From Hydrolagus colliei (Eukaryota): DNA of 64,000 bases. The notes below the pieces were generated by a model that searched no databases, was not told the origin of the DNA, and worked only from the letters and a program-made list of their open reading frames with translations. Location: assembly GCA_035084275.1 (NCBI GenBank), contig CM068750.1:5518001-5582000 (forward strand), in the 5' to 3' direction. Numbering within the stretch: position 1 is the first letter of the stretch; the number at the start of each line of letters is the position of its first letter. The translations under genes and the position numbers were made by a program. Positions 24,265-36,902 of the stretch are shown in pieces.

Positions 24265-27200
24265 TTGAAATCAATCATGCTTATCATAATTCTGTGCACT
24301 TATGACTCCCCTCATAGTTTTGACATGGTTTGCCTTGGGTTTGATGAGGGAACACGATGAAGAGAAATCAGTCAATGCTGAAGATTCTTGTTCCAATCCT
24401 AATAGCGTCTACGGAATCATAAAGGAATAACACTAGAAAATTTGATTTGACAAACCTCCTTGCTTTTTTTAAAAGAAAGGTCACATTGCTTAACTGCACA
24501 AACAATTCCATTTCTTTTTAACATTCATCACTGCAACGGCCCATTGAACTTGTTGTTGACAGCTGACATCATTATTACATTATTTGATTTTCCGATAGAA
24601 TTGCTGCAGAATATTTACAAATACAACTGTCACACTGCTTCGACCATATTACTTCTGATCTCCTTTCCCTTTCCCTGTGTGATTTAGTGTGGAACAAAGC
24701 ATTCTTGAAACTAAACACAGCGTCGCTCCATGGAGTGAAAAAAGACAGATGTGCTTTTTAAGGAAATACTCCTATAAGGGAAAGGAAAAAATAGAATATT
24801 TGTTTGCCAAGCCGTAACTTTAATGCTTAATATACAGAAAATGTGTATGGGGAGGAACTGAGCTGACCATTTCATTTGATTACCGACCTTTGTGGTGATA
24901 TCTTCACCTCTACAGAGCAATCTCCATGTCTTTAGTTAATCAGTGTTACTTAGAGTTTAGGAATTTCTTTTGAAATTGTTTTAAAGGTAATAAAGACAAA
25001 TGCAACTGAGAGCCAGTCAAGAGGAAAGTGCTCTGGGCCACTATTAAACTATTGCTTGCTTTCTGTCAGATTAGTGTCCCAGAACTTTTAATGAGAAAAC
25101 TCTTTAAGAAAGGAAATCTCCAATCATGTTATCTACATGGCATTTTTTTTACACATACACACATGCACAGCACAACAAATATTCTACAATACTTAACCAG
25201 CAGAATAGATTAAAAAAATTAATCTTGTTTAAATGAAGATAAAATCAAGCAATTCCATTTCAAGCTTTTCAAGATAATCTGTTTACAAAGAGCTTTCAGA
25301 TGCTCAATAAGTTATTATTAATGCTAAAAGCATTTAAAATGAAACACAATGGCGTGTGCAGAGATGAGTGAACCATGAACTAAGCGGAGCCTGGTGAATG
25401 TTAAGAGATGACGTGAGGCTCTATTGGGGACACAAATGTGCCACGGTTTCTAGAAATCAAATAATTTCTAGAGACATGATAATTGTCTCGTAAAAAAAAA
25501 ATCACAGACCACCTTTTAAAGGTGATCCATTCAGTTCTGATCACGGTCATCCTATTCCTGGTAAATGACATTTCTTAACAAGAGATCATGGCCATTATCA
25601 AGTCTGAATAGATTTGTATCCGATTACATACCAATAATCCCCAATGTCACCTCACATTCCAAGTGAAGATCTGGTCAATGTTATTGCCTTTGTTAAAGAG
25701 ATTGAAACCAATTTTGATGTACTTTTTTGGGGGTAATAAATGCTTGATTTTTCACGAGCATCTTTACTAGGCTGTGTGCCTTCACAGATGCATGTCAGAT
25801 GATTGGACTTGACTATAAACCTTTCAGGAGACAAGTAATATCCTAAAAGCTCTTGGAAAATAGGGCTAAATGCAAATGAAATATCCAGGTACTGAAAATC
25901 ACAAAAGAAAATCTCTACCTCCTCCTCTTATCTTTTTGAACAAAGGCCTTTTTTTTTGCTTTAAGGCAAGTCAATATAGAAATGACAATCATCATGCGAA
26001 TCCACTTGATAGAATCCTTCCTGCTTAATCTGCATTGTGTTCTGCCACTGCACCGCCAATGCTAAGTGTTCCGAGTGCTGATTAAATCAGAACATTTGAG
26101 GTTGTTTTGCATGCAGGTGCCTGGAACAGTCCAATCAGACCGTCTGTTCAAACTCCGACACTCTAATCTAAGCACATGCAATCACACAGGCATTCGAAAT
26201 ATACAGTCTTTGTACCTTTCACACTCTACAATCCTTCGCTGGTCAGCCTCAAACATGTTATTTTGCCAATTAACAGACAGTTTCTAAATTGCCGCCACTC
26301 ATTACTCTGTATTCATGATTTGTGCAAAAGAATCACAAAAGCTTAAAAATGAGCAATTCCCCGCCCTTGCCATTAAATCGGGGTTTTTTTACACACACGT
26401 GTTTATTACTACTTTAGGACCAAATGGTATCATAACGGCGACACAGTCTGGCTTTTGACAATGTAAAAGCATACTGGAATCCATTCTCTGTTAAATTGAT
26501 TATCTATTTGCTGAATTAAATTATACGGTAAAGAATCAGGCTTATACTTTTAACATGGAGCCTCAGCTTGAAAGCATTTTTGTTAAATAAAAGGTAACTG
26601 CATTTCTCTTTACACTCTGGGGAATGCTCCAATACTCTGCAGCCTATTTATTCTGGGTATGATCACATTCCTTGTTATTTCCAATAAAAGTGAGAAACAG
26701 GCTTTTGGAAATTGGAATGTGATGAAAAATAAGATGATAACACGTAATTAAGACCGGTGTTATGCTTTATCCATATATTGACCAACATATACCAAGGTTT
26801 GCCATGGAGTGTTTAGACATTGCAAATATTGTATTAGGCAGGACAATATTGGATGAACTTCTATTTGTAACTGAGTTACAATGCAGACAGTAGCATTCAT
26901 GGCTTTTCGCTTTTACAACAATGAAGATCAATCAAACAAAGCTCAGGATTGCTGTAATCTCAGTAATTGATTTCTATTTTACAGATCAGCTACTGTAATC
27001 CCCATCTGATCAGATGGTGTGAGAAATATGACTTCATTCAAAGTGCACAATCAACCTTGGCCCTCGACTGAAAGACGTTGGTCTGCCACAACAAGGAGCA
27101 ACAAGAGTACTGTACAGTATATCCGAGGTGGAAGAAGTAAAGGCAGTTATGAGGCTGCCTGTAGATTGGGCCTCGCCCAAGATAAATAGAAAGCGAGAAA

Positions 27201-29596
27201 GAATTACCATTTTAACGGGATGAAAAATTTATAAAAATCAATTAACGGGTTACAAACTCAGAAACCTAGATGCGAGGACATTTAGATTTAACTATTAAAA
27301 TGCCTGAAAGATCCTGTGTGTAGAGGCCGTCTGATGGCATGAAACTCACTTATTGAACAATGCAGGAACAAATCTCCAGTTTCTTTATTAGGTTTTCCTG
27401 ATTAATACTGTCAGTGAATTCTGCCATTTTAATCATAGTTGATCTCTTAAAATTATTTAAGTTTTCTCTATCCTTATGTACTAATAGAATTTGCTTTTCA
27501 CTGATTTTTTTTGTGGTAGGTTTTGGCAAAATGTACAATTAATGCCAAAGCAACCGTTGAGTATCTCTAGGATAAGGGAGGTAGGAAACAGAAACTTAGT
27601 CCTGTTGTGATAAAGAGAGAAGGGAAGAGTCAAAGGCAAAGTGGGGGGTGGTGGGGGGTGGGGTGAATCAGATTTCGACAACTGAAGTTGTTGTAGACTG
27701 ATCAGAAATGGCACCACGGCATCACTTCTGATGCTTGCAGGTTATTGTTGCAAGTATCGTTGGAAGTGAAAACAAGATTTGTTGAATGTGTCTACCTAAA
27801 CTGATCTATCTATCTGTATCTATCTATGAAGTGGTGCATCTATCGATATTTGCTCATCTCTTCCTCTCAGACCTGTTACACATTTAAGGAATTGCAAGAC
27901 AGATTTGTGTTATCACAGTAGCGGATCCCTTTTTACCCAGAAAATGTAGACCAACTGAATGCATTTAATTACATTTAGGAAGACACAGGCTTTGTGTGCA
28001 GAAAGGAATGAGACAACGTGTACGCACAATGAGGAAAACAGAGTTCTTAATATCAATATATAGCTCATTAAGTGCGCTCAAAAGCAGACAAATTCAATCG
28101 GGGCGGTCATTGGTCATGAAGATCCAATTAAAACTCAAGGTCAAAAATATTCTCACCCTCAGAGGGTCTATTGGGGGACATATTTGCATTTGTAATGAAG
28201 AAGCCTATAGTTGAAATGAAATTACAGAATAGAAAATCTGATTCCTTCTTCATTAGAGGAAAGCAGCATTGTGGAACAGAATATACCAATATGTGCAGCC
28301 TGCCATATGCTTTTGGGTCCAGTAGTTTTTCAATAAGCGAGCGATTAGCCTGGGGCTAATAGATATGACATAAAATAATCAAATAATGAATAACTCAGAG
28401 GACGTTAGCACAGGAATTCATTAAACCGCAAATCTAAAACATAGAATGTCAACCTATTTCTCACAACAAAATATTGTGTTATTTCCTCAGCCACCGCTGT
28501 CAGCTGTAGATTCAGAGACCAGAGATTCCAATAGTCATGTTCATCAAGCTTTGCAAGAACAAGTTTTAATAATACTAAAGGCTGAAATGTTATTAATATT
28601 TTTAGCTTGATATCATCTTTAACCAGAGGCAATGAAACTACAAGCCATTATTATAATATTGAGAACCGAAAAAAGCAATAAGCAATTAAAACACTGCACT
28701 AATGCATTAATATATTTGCTGAATACAGTTTAATGAGCCATTCTGTTCATGTAGTATTTTACTCCCTCAGGTGTCAGCAAAGAGTGATATGCTTTAATAC
28801 TTACCTTTTGATAATCTGGTGATACTTTAAATGGTTTTCATACATGCAGAACAGGTGAAAATAATGGATTCTTTGTCACAAAAAGCTGTTTCCAGTAGCA
28901 GGGCAGCTGGGAACAATACTATTAGCAATGCAAATGCCTCTTGAAACCACTTTGTTATTTGAATTTTTAATCCGATGCGAGCTTCTCATTAAGATCCTAA
29001 GCAGAAGGATGTCATTCCTAGGAATGTGGTCGTTTATGATTGAAAAATTGTGAAGTGAACCCAATTATTCCTGGCGTGGTTCATTTTTGGAAATATAAAA
29101 CAATATCCAATGTAAATATCAAAGGCTCCACACACGTGAACTTGTTTGACTCAAGGACAAAATTTCAATGTACAGTTCTCATTCTACAATTATTATTCCA
29201 CTAGTCTAGACGTACAAAAATGGAATGTGGTTTACTGTTACTTGTTTTGTTAGTAGACAATGCAATGTGTGGAAACTCCTGCTGGCTCCTTTTATTTTAT
29301 ATTTGTGTAAGGAATACCAGATGAAATAACAAACTTGTGACTTTAATATTCCACCTTGTTTCCTATGTGAACTGGTTTATAAAGTTAGCTCAGTATTCAT
29401 TTCCTCTTTAAAGGACATGATTCGAGCATAAAAGTTGGTTATATATTTACCAAGATCTAACTAACATGGCATGAAACTTTATTTTCCCCCCCTCTTCTGG
29501 GTAATGAATCACATCAGATTATGGTTCCACACACTAATGGCTCTCTGCTACGTTCATTCCCCCAATCGTTGAACCTCATCGGATTATTCAACACCC

Positions 29597-29619
29597 TGTG
29601 TGTGTGTGTGTGTGTGTGT
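29597..29619. repeat. (TG)n microsatellite
   Basis: About 11 uninterrupted TG units. Confidence 0.95.
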
Positions 29620-29639
29620 TTCGGGTTAGGGTAAGGTTC

Positions 29640-29835
29640 AAAGTCTACCTGACTCACTCTCCACTTGATGTCTGCACATGTGCACTTTGGGGATCATTAA
29701 ACCATTAGCAGGAATGGGAACCCAGGGATGCTCAAACTGGGCCAATTGTAGTTTCTCTTTTACTGTCCTAAAGAACCCAGCACACTCCAGGGATCAAACC
29801 TGACACCTTCCCAGTCTATATACATCAATGTGATA
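29640..29835 (-). mobile_element. Ancient SINE-like repeat (second family)
   Basis: Reverse complement contains AGACTGGGAAGGTGTCAGGTTTGATCCCTGG..TGTGCTG, CTACAATTGGCC and GGGTTCCCATTCCTG, blocks shared in degenerate form with 35215-35485, 41860-42210 and 46450-46535. Confidence 0.5.
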
Positions 29836-30764
29836 CCGAACAATGGTTCCACCAACGAAGCCTTTAGAGGAGCAATGTGTCATTTTTAATTTGATCATTT
29901 CAATAGAATTTTTTTTGCTAGTAGCCTTGCTTGTGATAAGACGTTTACGAAAAAAAACCCAACTGAAAATTGACAAGTGAAGATAATTGTCTTATTGCAA
30001 TGTGCAGCGACTCTGTGCATTTACCAGGAGAGGAATTTCACCCTCTCACTTTTCACTTATTTCCTGTTGCACTGAAATCCACTCAGATTGCAAAGTACAC
30101 CTAATGTGTACTGTCATAGAGCTTGTTTAATGTAGCAATATTCCTACATTGAATGGAGCTGGGAAATAAATAAGAAGGGCCATTCATTATCTCTGTGGAT
30201 ACATTGTTAAGTATACCTTTAAGGCGTGATCTTATTGCCTGAGGTAATAATCTCATTAAATAAACCGATTTGCCTGTTGTATTGTTGAGTCAGTGTTGTA
30301 GCACTATATGCACGGAAAGCCCAGTTATAAAGTCATTCCAATATATGTTCAAATGCATGCATAGAGTGAGATTTACTGGTGCCCTATTTTGCTGATGTAT
30401 TTTCTGCTGATTGAAGAGAATGGTTGCAATAGCCATCTCTTTTCAATCAGAAGAAAATTGAATGGTAATACAGGAGGTTGCCTGAGGTTTTGAAAGCGAT
30501 ATGGTGTCTGTAGTTTTATTACAGGCATCACAAAGGAAAACTGACTCAAATTGCAAATGCTGAGCCTAGCTCAGGACTGTCATGATTGTTCAAGCAATAC
30601 GTTATAAACACAATCATTTCCAATAGGATTCTGAATCCCAAATAGGAAATCCCAAATCCTTCTGATCACTGGAGTATGTCAGTCCAAATTCTCATCCCCT
30701 GAACTCCATCCTTCACATACATCATATGGTTGATACTGTACACGGTTTGGGACATTACATGTGC

Positions 30765-30844
30765 ATGTGACTGCCAGGATGGTGGAAGGCGAACTAGATG
30801 GGCCTTGATCCTTTTTCGTCTCGCAATTATTATGTTCTTATGTT
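30765..30844 (+). mobile_element. CR1-type 3' terminal fragment
   Basis: GAACTAGATGGGCCTTGATCCTTTTTCGTC...TTATGTTCTTATGTT. A second degenerate CR1-like end lies at ~30935-30990. Confidence 0.65.
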
Positions 30845-31059
30845 TTGGGGGGATCTAGGACAGCATGTACAGAACTCTTATCTGTGTGCGGGACGGATGA
30901 GTCCATGATAGGGTAGTCTTTGTAATACTCTGTGGAAGGAGCAGGCTTGATGGGGGCAAAAAGGCTTTTTCCTCATTCCACACTCGTTTATACTACTGCT
31001 GTTTAGAATGAACTGTAAAACCTTTTAGCACCGAATCCTCAATCATGGATTTTATGAGT

Positions 31060-31620
31060 TTAAAATGTTCAGCTCATCTAATAGGTTGTGCTCTCACTCG
31101 TATCATTAACTTATCATTGTCTCAAAGTACTGTACCCTTAGACTGGAAAATTGTAAAAATCTACCTTCAACACAAGTCTAGCAGCACATTTGATGTTAAT
31201 AACTACACCTCATCTCCATCTATAATTTCGAAAACGATTGCAAGAATTGTCCATCATCAGCTATGTTCTTACCCTTTGGAAAACTAATTTATTAATGGTC
31301 ATCATTCTTGTTTCTGACCATTACCTCCCATCACAACTGCTCTCAAACTCACTGGAGAAATCTACTCAGCCACGGTTAAGTTTTTTTTAACTACTGCAGT
31401 GTTTCTAGATTTGAAGCAGAGCTTTTAACATTGTAAACCATGCTGCTCCTCATCATAAACTTTACAACTATGTCCTGAGTAGTAAAACAGTGAACTGATT
31501 TTCTTCAAAGCTTTATAATTGGTATCAAAACTTTTACTTTGGATGTGGATAGACCTGACCTGCACTCTATATCTGTCAGCGAATGTCAGGGTTCTAACCT
31601 AGGTCAAACTCATTTGTGTT
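31060..31620 (+). pseudogene. Decayed non-LTR retrotransposon reverse transcriptase fragment (CR1/L2 group)
   Basis: Translation across stops and frameshifts gives LTRIINLSLSQSTVPLDWK...NNY...SIISK..ARIVHHQL...TTAL...AVFLDLK/RAFNIVNH...QGSNLG. These correspond to the LINE RT motifs PxxWK, NYRPIS, FLDLxKAFDxVxH and QGSxLGP. Confidence 0.85.
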
Positions 31621-32372
31621 ACAGGTATCCCAAAAACATAGTTACAATGAACTTGAGTAAAGCAAGTCTCTCTTTATAGTTTCATTGGCTAGGAAAAGAT
31701 CATTTTCCTTACCATGTTGCTGAATGGAATAATATTCTGGCATAACTACCTGTAGTAAAAATATCCCAAGTGCTCGACTTCCACTTCCAATTAATGAAGA
31801 TTGGTGCCTCTAGTCATCAAACATAAAGTACTCTCTCCTCACCTCGCAAAATGATTGAATCTCTTAATTACATTTCAAAAGCATAATTACAGCTTAGTTG
31901 CAGAAAAGAGTCGATTGAGGATCAATCACAGTTATTTTTCTAAAGCCAGCATCACAACCTGGCCAAACCAAGAATGCAACATCCTCCTTAGATCCATTTT
32001 TATCCATTTCATCAAAATGCCAATTAATAAAACTGCTAAAATACAAGGTGACCAAAAACTCGCGAAGCTACCTTATTATCTAAAAATATACAGCAATTTC
32101 TTTCAGATGTATTACACATTGCCTTGGAGTACTGTTTTACAATCTCCTGGATGTCATTGCACACATTGAATACCACTCACTCAGATCATTGTGCGCTTTA
32201 TGGAGCTATAAAGGAATGGAGTAGAGAATTACAGGAGGGGATTGCCAGCAGGTCTTTCAGTTTCAGTTTCCCTGGTGTCAACATGTTTTGGAAAAAAACA
32301 TTTCCAACTCACACATGGTAATATAGAAGTAAACATGAGTATTTAAGTAATTTATTAACAATAATTCTTAAT

Positions 32373-32590
32373 CCTTCGCTCTACAGGGTCTGGCCTTGTT
32401 TCCCGAATCCTCCACTCCACCGTTGGTGGCCGTGCCATCAGCCACTACGCCCCGAGGCTCTGGAATTCCCTCCCTCACTCCCTTCCCCTCCTTTCCTATT
32501 TTCAGGTCGCGGCTAAAGATCTTTTTTTTCGACCGTGCTTTTGGTCACCTTTTTCCCTCTCACCCTGGGACAGCCCCGGGATCCGTTAAA
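32373..32590 (+). mobile_element. L2 LINE ORF2 C-terminal fragment and start of 3' UTR
   Basis: Translates LRSTGSGLVSRILHSTVGGRAISHYAPRLWNSLP, then after a frame change FRSRLKIFFFDRAF, typical of the L2 GxRAFSxxAPxLWNSLP...FKxxLKTxLF terminus. Confidence 0.85.
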
Positions 32591-33780
32591 TATTTCTGCT
32601 TGCATTTTCCTCATATTCTGTCTTCTACATTTCATAATTTTAACTACCTCACACTAACTAATGAAATCCATTGAACCAAATGTAAATATTCAATGCTCTT
32701 AGCAGCCGAAGCGGGTTCCAGGACTGCAAACATTTATCTGCTCGAATTATGCTCTCAGCCAAGTTAATCTCTGATCCATTTTGAAGAGTCGTTCTCAATC
32801 GAAGGATAAGTGATCTCAACTATGCCACTGGTGCCTCCAGATGTGATAACTCACCCACAACGCAGGGATAAATTAAAGTGCTAAACTAGGTGATGGATTA
32901 CTACTCATAAAGTGGACGTTCCTGCAACAGAATTGGCTAAGAGTGACGGGAAGTCTTCATCAAATAGAGTAACTTAGCCAAATATTTTACAATGGAAAAA
33001 CAATACTCATTGTTCTGTGTTTTGTTTTAGTACTTGTGATGATCAGTTTGTTTTGAGCCTCCAACTTAAATTTCATCAAGAATAGAAGAATGTTGAAAGA
33101 CACATACCTTTTCACTTCTGTTCTGGGTACGCTCAGATTTACCTAACAAGGCAAGAAGCCACTGAGGTTAAAAATTCAATTGCTTACTTTAGTGCAGATT
33201 TAAGTCCAAAGCATTATGAGCACAGTGGAGGCAATCCAAGAATGTAATTTGATAATGTTCCATCCATATTTAGTTAACATTTTTGAGACTAAAATGTAGT
33301 CGGTGAGTTAGGTAATGTAATAAATGAATATGTTTCATATATTGGTCATATCTATCCCAGCTCACAATTTAGACAGCATTGATGCCTTCACATACGGTAT
33401 ACAAGTCCATTCTGAACCTGATTGCCATTTAAGTTGAGATTTCTCTTCAACAATTTTAAATAAAGAAAAGATGTGTACCCAGATGGAATTTCCGAATCTT
33501 AATGACAGACAAGCCAGACGCAGATTTAGGCAAAGCAAATAAATTGATCTCTGTGCTGACTTGCAGGGAGGTTTTGAATTACAGTCATGGAAAGTACCGT
33601 CTTGTGTGTTGCTATAAAGCTGACAATGCCACTTTGGCTTAGAGGCTCTCAGATTGTTATCAATTTTCAACGTAAGATTTCTCTGCCATCAGAAAATATA
33701 CTCAGTCAATTCCTGGTACTCTGTTAAAACAGGTGGTCTCTAGTTTTCCCATCATAAAACCTCGTTCTTCAACTATGCTT

Positions 33781-33905
33781 CCGGTTACCTTTTCCGTCCC
33801 CTTTTCAGCTCCCCATGGTTCAGGCAGTTCCAGCCAGTTGTGCGAATGGCTATGAGATGCCCTCCTGATATCCCTCCTGCCATTATAAATGTAAATTGTT
33901 GTTGT
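33781..33905 (+). mobile_element. Degenerate L2-type 3' end
   Basis: Pyrimidine-rich stretch, then TGAGATGCCCTCCTGA...TATAAATGTAAATTGTTGTTGT, the same tail as 13811-13970. Confidence 0.6.
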
Positions 33906-35214
33906 GAATGAACAGTAAATACAGTTAATGTTCTCAAACTGCAAGCCAAAGCGAGGCATTGGTAGCTATAAAGAAGCCTGTTAAACATCATGAATGGGAT
34001 CTCACTATATTCTAAACAATGGTTTTTAGTCAAACTAAACTGAGGTTGCAGCATTTTAGTTTCAAATGCTTACTATTTTACCCAGCAGTCAATATTATAT
34101 CAGTGTAATCAATTATTCATGAAATATTTGATTAACTGTTGCAGGGCTTTTTAAAATGCATCAATTTAGCACAATAAAATATATTGACTTTTGAGAACAC
34201 TAGACGATATATGAATTGCCCCTCTAGATTTTTGAAGCTTATTAATCAAGCAGGCAGTATTTTACAATTAATCTGGTTTATAAATTTTAGATGGCAAGTC
34301 TTACATTTATTATACAAAAGTATTACATTCAAAATGCTTAGAAATTTTAAATAAATTATATTTTCCAAGTCAGCATTTGACAGTGCCCAAAGCAAGTTAG
34401 CACACATTGGCAAGTCAATACATTTAGCAGCTCCAGCAATTTTGCTTCCATTGTTTGCAAGCATTGAAAATTTCAGTGTTCAAGTTCCTCGCATATAATT
34501 AGAAAATCTTCTACAATTCTTCATTAGCTGAAGTGATGGTTCAACACTTACTGTTGGGCAACAATCCACACTGATAGCTAGAGATTGAATGTCATATCCA
34601 ATTTACTGTCATTTTCGCTCAATAAGCTTGTCATAATTATTGTACCAAACTTCACTGAAAGTATGTTTCGTGGTGTATACAGTGATTTTTTTAAACTATC
34701 TACTCATTTCCCTCAAGGAAAAGCACACAACTTAAAATGGCTCAATAAATGTAAACATCAAAATGACTGCTCCTTAAGGGTTAAGGATGTTTTGTAGCTG
34801 CTTAAAATTTTGAGAATGCTCAAAGCAAATAGCATCGTCTCATCGTAAAGTGCAATTTCAAGTCCGCATAATTTGTATTCAATCCACAGAAAACTTCTCA
34901 GCACTGATGAATCTTAATATCGCTATACGCAGTAAAAACAAGCTTATTGAGTGCGACTAAGGATTGCTGTGGAAAGGTCAATAGCAGCCATTTTATTCAC
35001 AAGTTCATGGTGTCGGTTGCTTTCTGCCAGCTCGATAACCATTAACATGTCAAACTCTCCTGTTCAAGCAATGGTAAAATCTTTCGCTGTCTCGCACCAC
35101 CACTCAATTAGTCGCAGTCTCATTCTCGAGTCTAGGCCACGAACATCACTGCCTTCATTTCCAAGTAGCTATTGCTGCTTTTCATGTGCCAGCATAGATA
35201 GTGAGTGTTGACAG

Positions 35215-35485
35215 GCGATTGGGTTGCTTAAGGTTCTGTAGTTGAATCCCATCCTGTCACCACAGGAATTCAACACGCACATTCTAGCAAATGTCATTGG
35301 ATAGAGAATACCAGGGTAAAAACAGCCTAATTTACCCCCTCCTTAATCCAGGGATGTTGAGGCCAATCGCAACCTCCACAACACCTCTGGTTGAGTTCAG
35401 CTAACTCATTTGAACCAGAAAATCTGGGTTTCTATAACTTAGTTCCACACTGGACTGTGCAGGTTACCACAGGAGTCATCAGGGA
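35215..35485 (-). mobile_element. Ancient SINE-like repeat (second family)
   Basis: Reverse complement contains GAGTTAGCTGAACTCAACC, GATTGGCCTCAACATCCCTGGATTAAGGAGGGG and TATCCAATGAC, similar to the other copies listed. Confidence 0.55.
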
Positions 35486-36813
35486 CTTGTGTAAAACCTT
35501 TTAATCTTGACATTTATAGCACCTATATGCATTATAGCAAGCAGCGTGACAATGCCACCTGGGAATAAAAAAGGTCATTAATGACCTTTAAATTAAATAG
35601 AAAATATTCACTTACAAATTTAAATTTTACTGTGTAAATTAAATGATTAAAAAAACAGAGCAACCAGCGAAGAGGTCTGTGCAATAAATGTACTTTTATT
35701 TTAGGTCTGGAGTTTCCCTTTAAGAGAGACGGACAGAACGATATTTATTTTGCTCTGGAGCAGCACTAACTCTACAATATGTAGTTGCTGGATTCATTTT
35801 TTGAAGAGAGAAGACATTATTGAAGGTCAGGAAGATTTATAGCATGTAATACATGATGACCATTAGAAACAGCAGAAGTGACGGTGGTTAAAACCCGAAC
35901 GTACAGTAATGTGAATAAAATCTCGAGTCTGGTCATGCGATCAAAGCATCTTGGAAAAACTCTCCTTGTATTTAATTAGATTGCTCGACTTTTCTTTCTT
36001 ACACTCGTATTCCAAAGCTGTTCTGCTCATTTACTTGTTAAGCTTGAGTTGTCAACATGCCTGGCATATCTCAGACAGACAAACAGAAGGTATCTGGTCT
36101 CCACTCCAGTGACTTGAAAGGAAAACAAATCCTGGAGGCACCATTGATTGATCGTTCAATGGCACAATATGATGTACAAAAAAGGGGGGGGGGGAGAAGT
36201 CATGAAATCTGAAGCCATCCACCGCAAACCGTAAGAGACAACAAACATGGCCACTAGCTTTGCTTTCTTTTAGTTGGAGTAACAGAAGTTGCCTGTTTTT
36301 TGCTGTCCACGAGGAGGTGTGAAGTCTAGAGTGATTTGCAGTTCACCTCACCGCGCACAGACTTAAATAAAGGAGATAACAAGAGTAAATAGAACCCGTC
36401 TTAAGAGAGAAAAAAGAACGGAAATAGTTCTGATGCTGACATCTACCTGGATTTGGCCAGTAAATAATAAGGGAGGATGTGCATCAGTGTAAAGGTTATA
36501 TACATAATTCAAAACTGAATAGTTTTCATAGCTGCACACAATGATTGACTGGCGACATACATCAGCAGCTGCTGATGTGCAATGTCTGCATTTATAAGTA
36601 GGGTAAAATTATTATCCTTCATGCAAAAACATTCACCTCATTTCTAATTAATCTGGTTCTGCGAAGTGCTTTGAGACAACCTTTAATAGCAAAAGGGGCT
36701 TTATAAATGTAAGTTGCTGTTGTACTGCTGTTGTTCTGTTAAAACGTCTGTCTGTGCATTAGACAGCACACGTGAGTGCAGTCTTGTGATTACTTTTCAT
36801 GTCAAGTCAATAT

Positions 36814-36902
36814 GTAGAGGTGAAAAATGCATGCTTCATAACAGATTCAATATGATAATTACACCAAATCTGTTATGAAACATCCCATTTTTCTCCACTA
36901 TA
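36814..36902. repeat. Imperfect inverted repeat, ~35-bp arms
   Basis: GTAGAGGTGAAAAATGCATGCTTCATAACAGATT, a 19-nt loop, then AATCTGTTATGAAACATCCCATTTTTCTCCACTATA. The 14-bp core TTCATAACAGATT/AATCTGTTATGAA region pairs perfectly over 13 bp. Confidence 0.8.
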
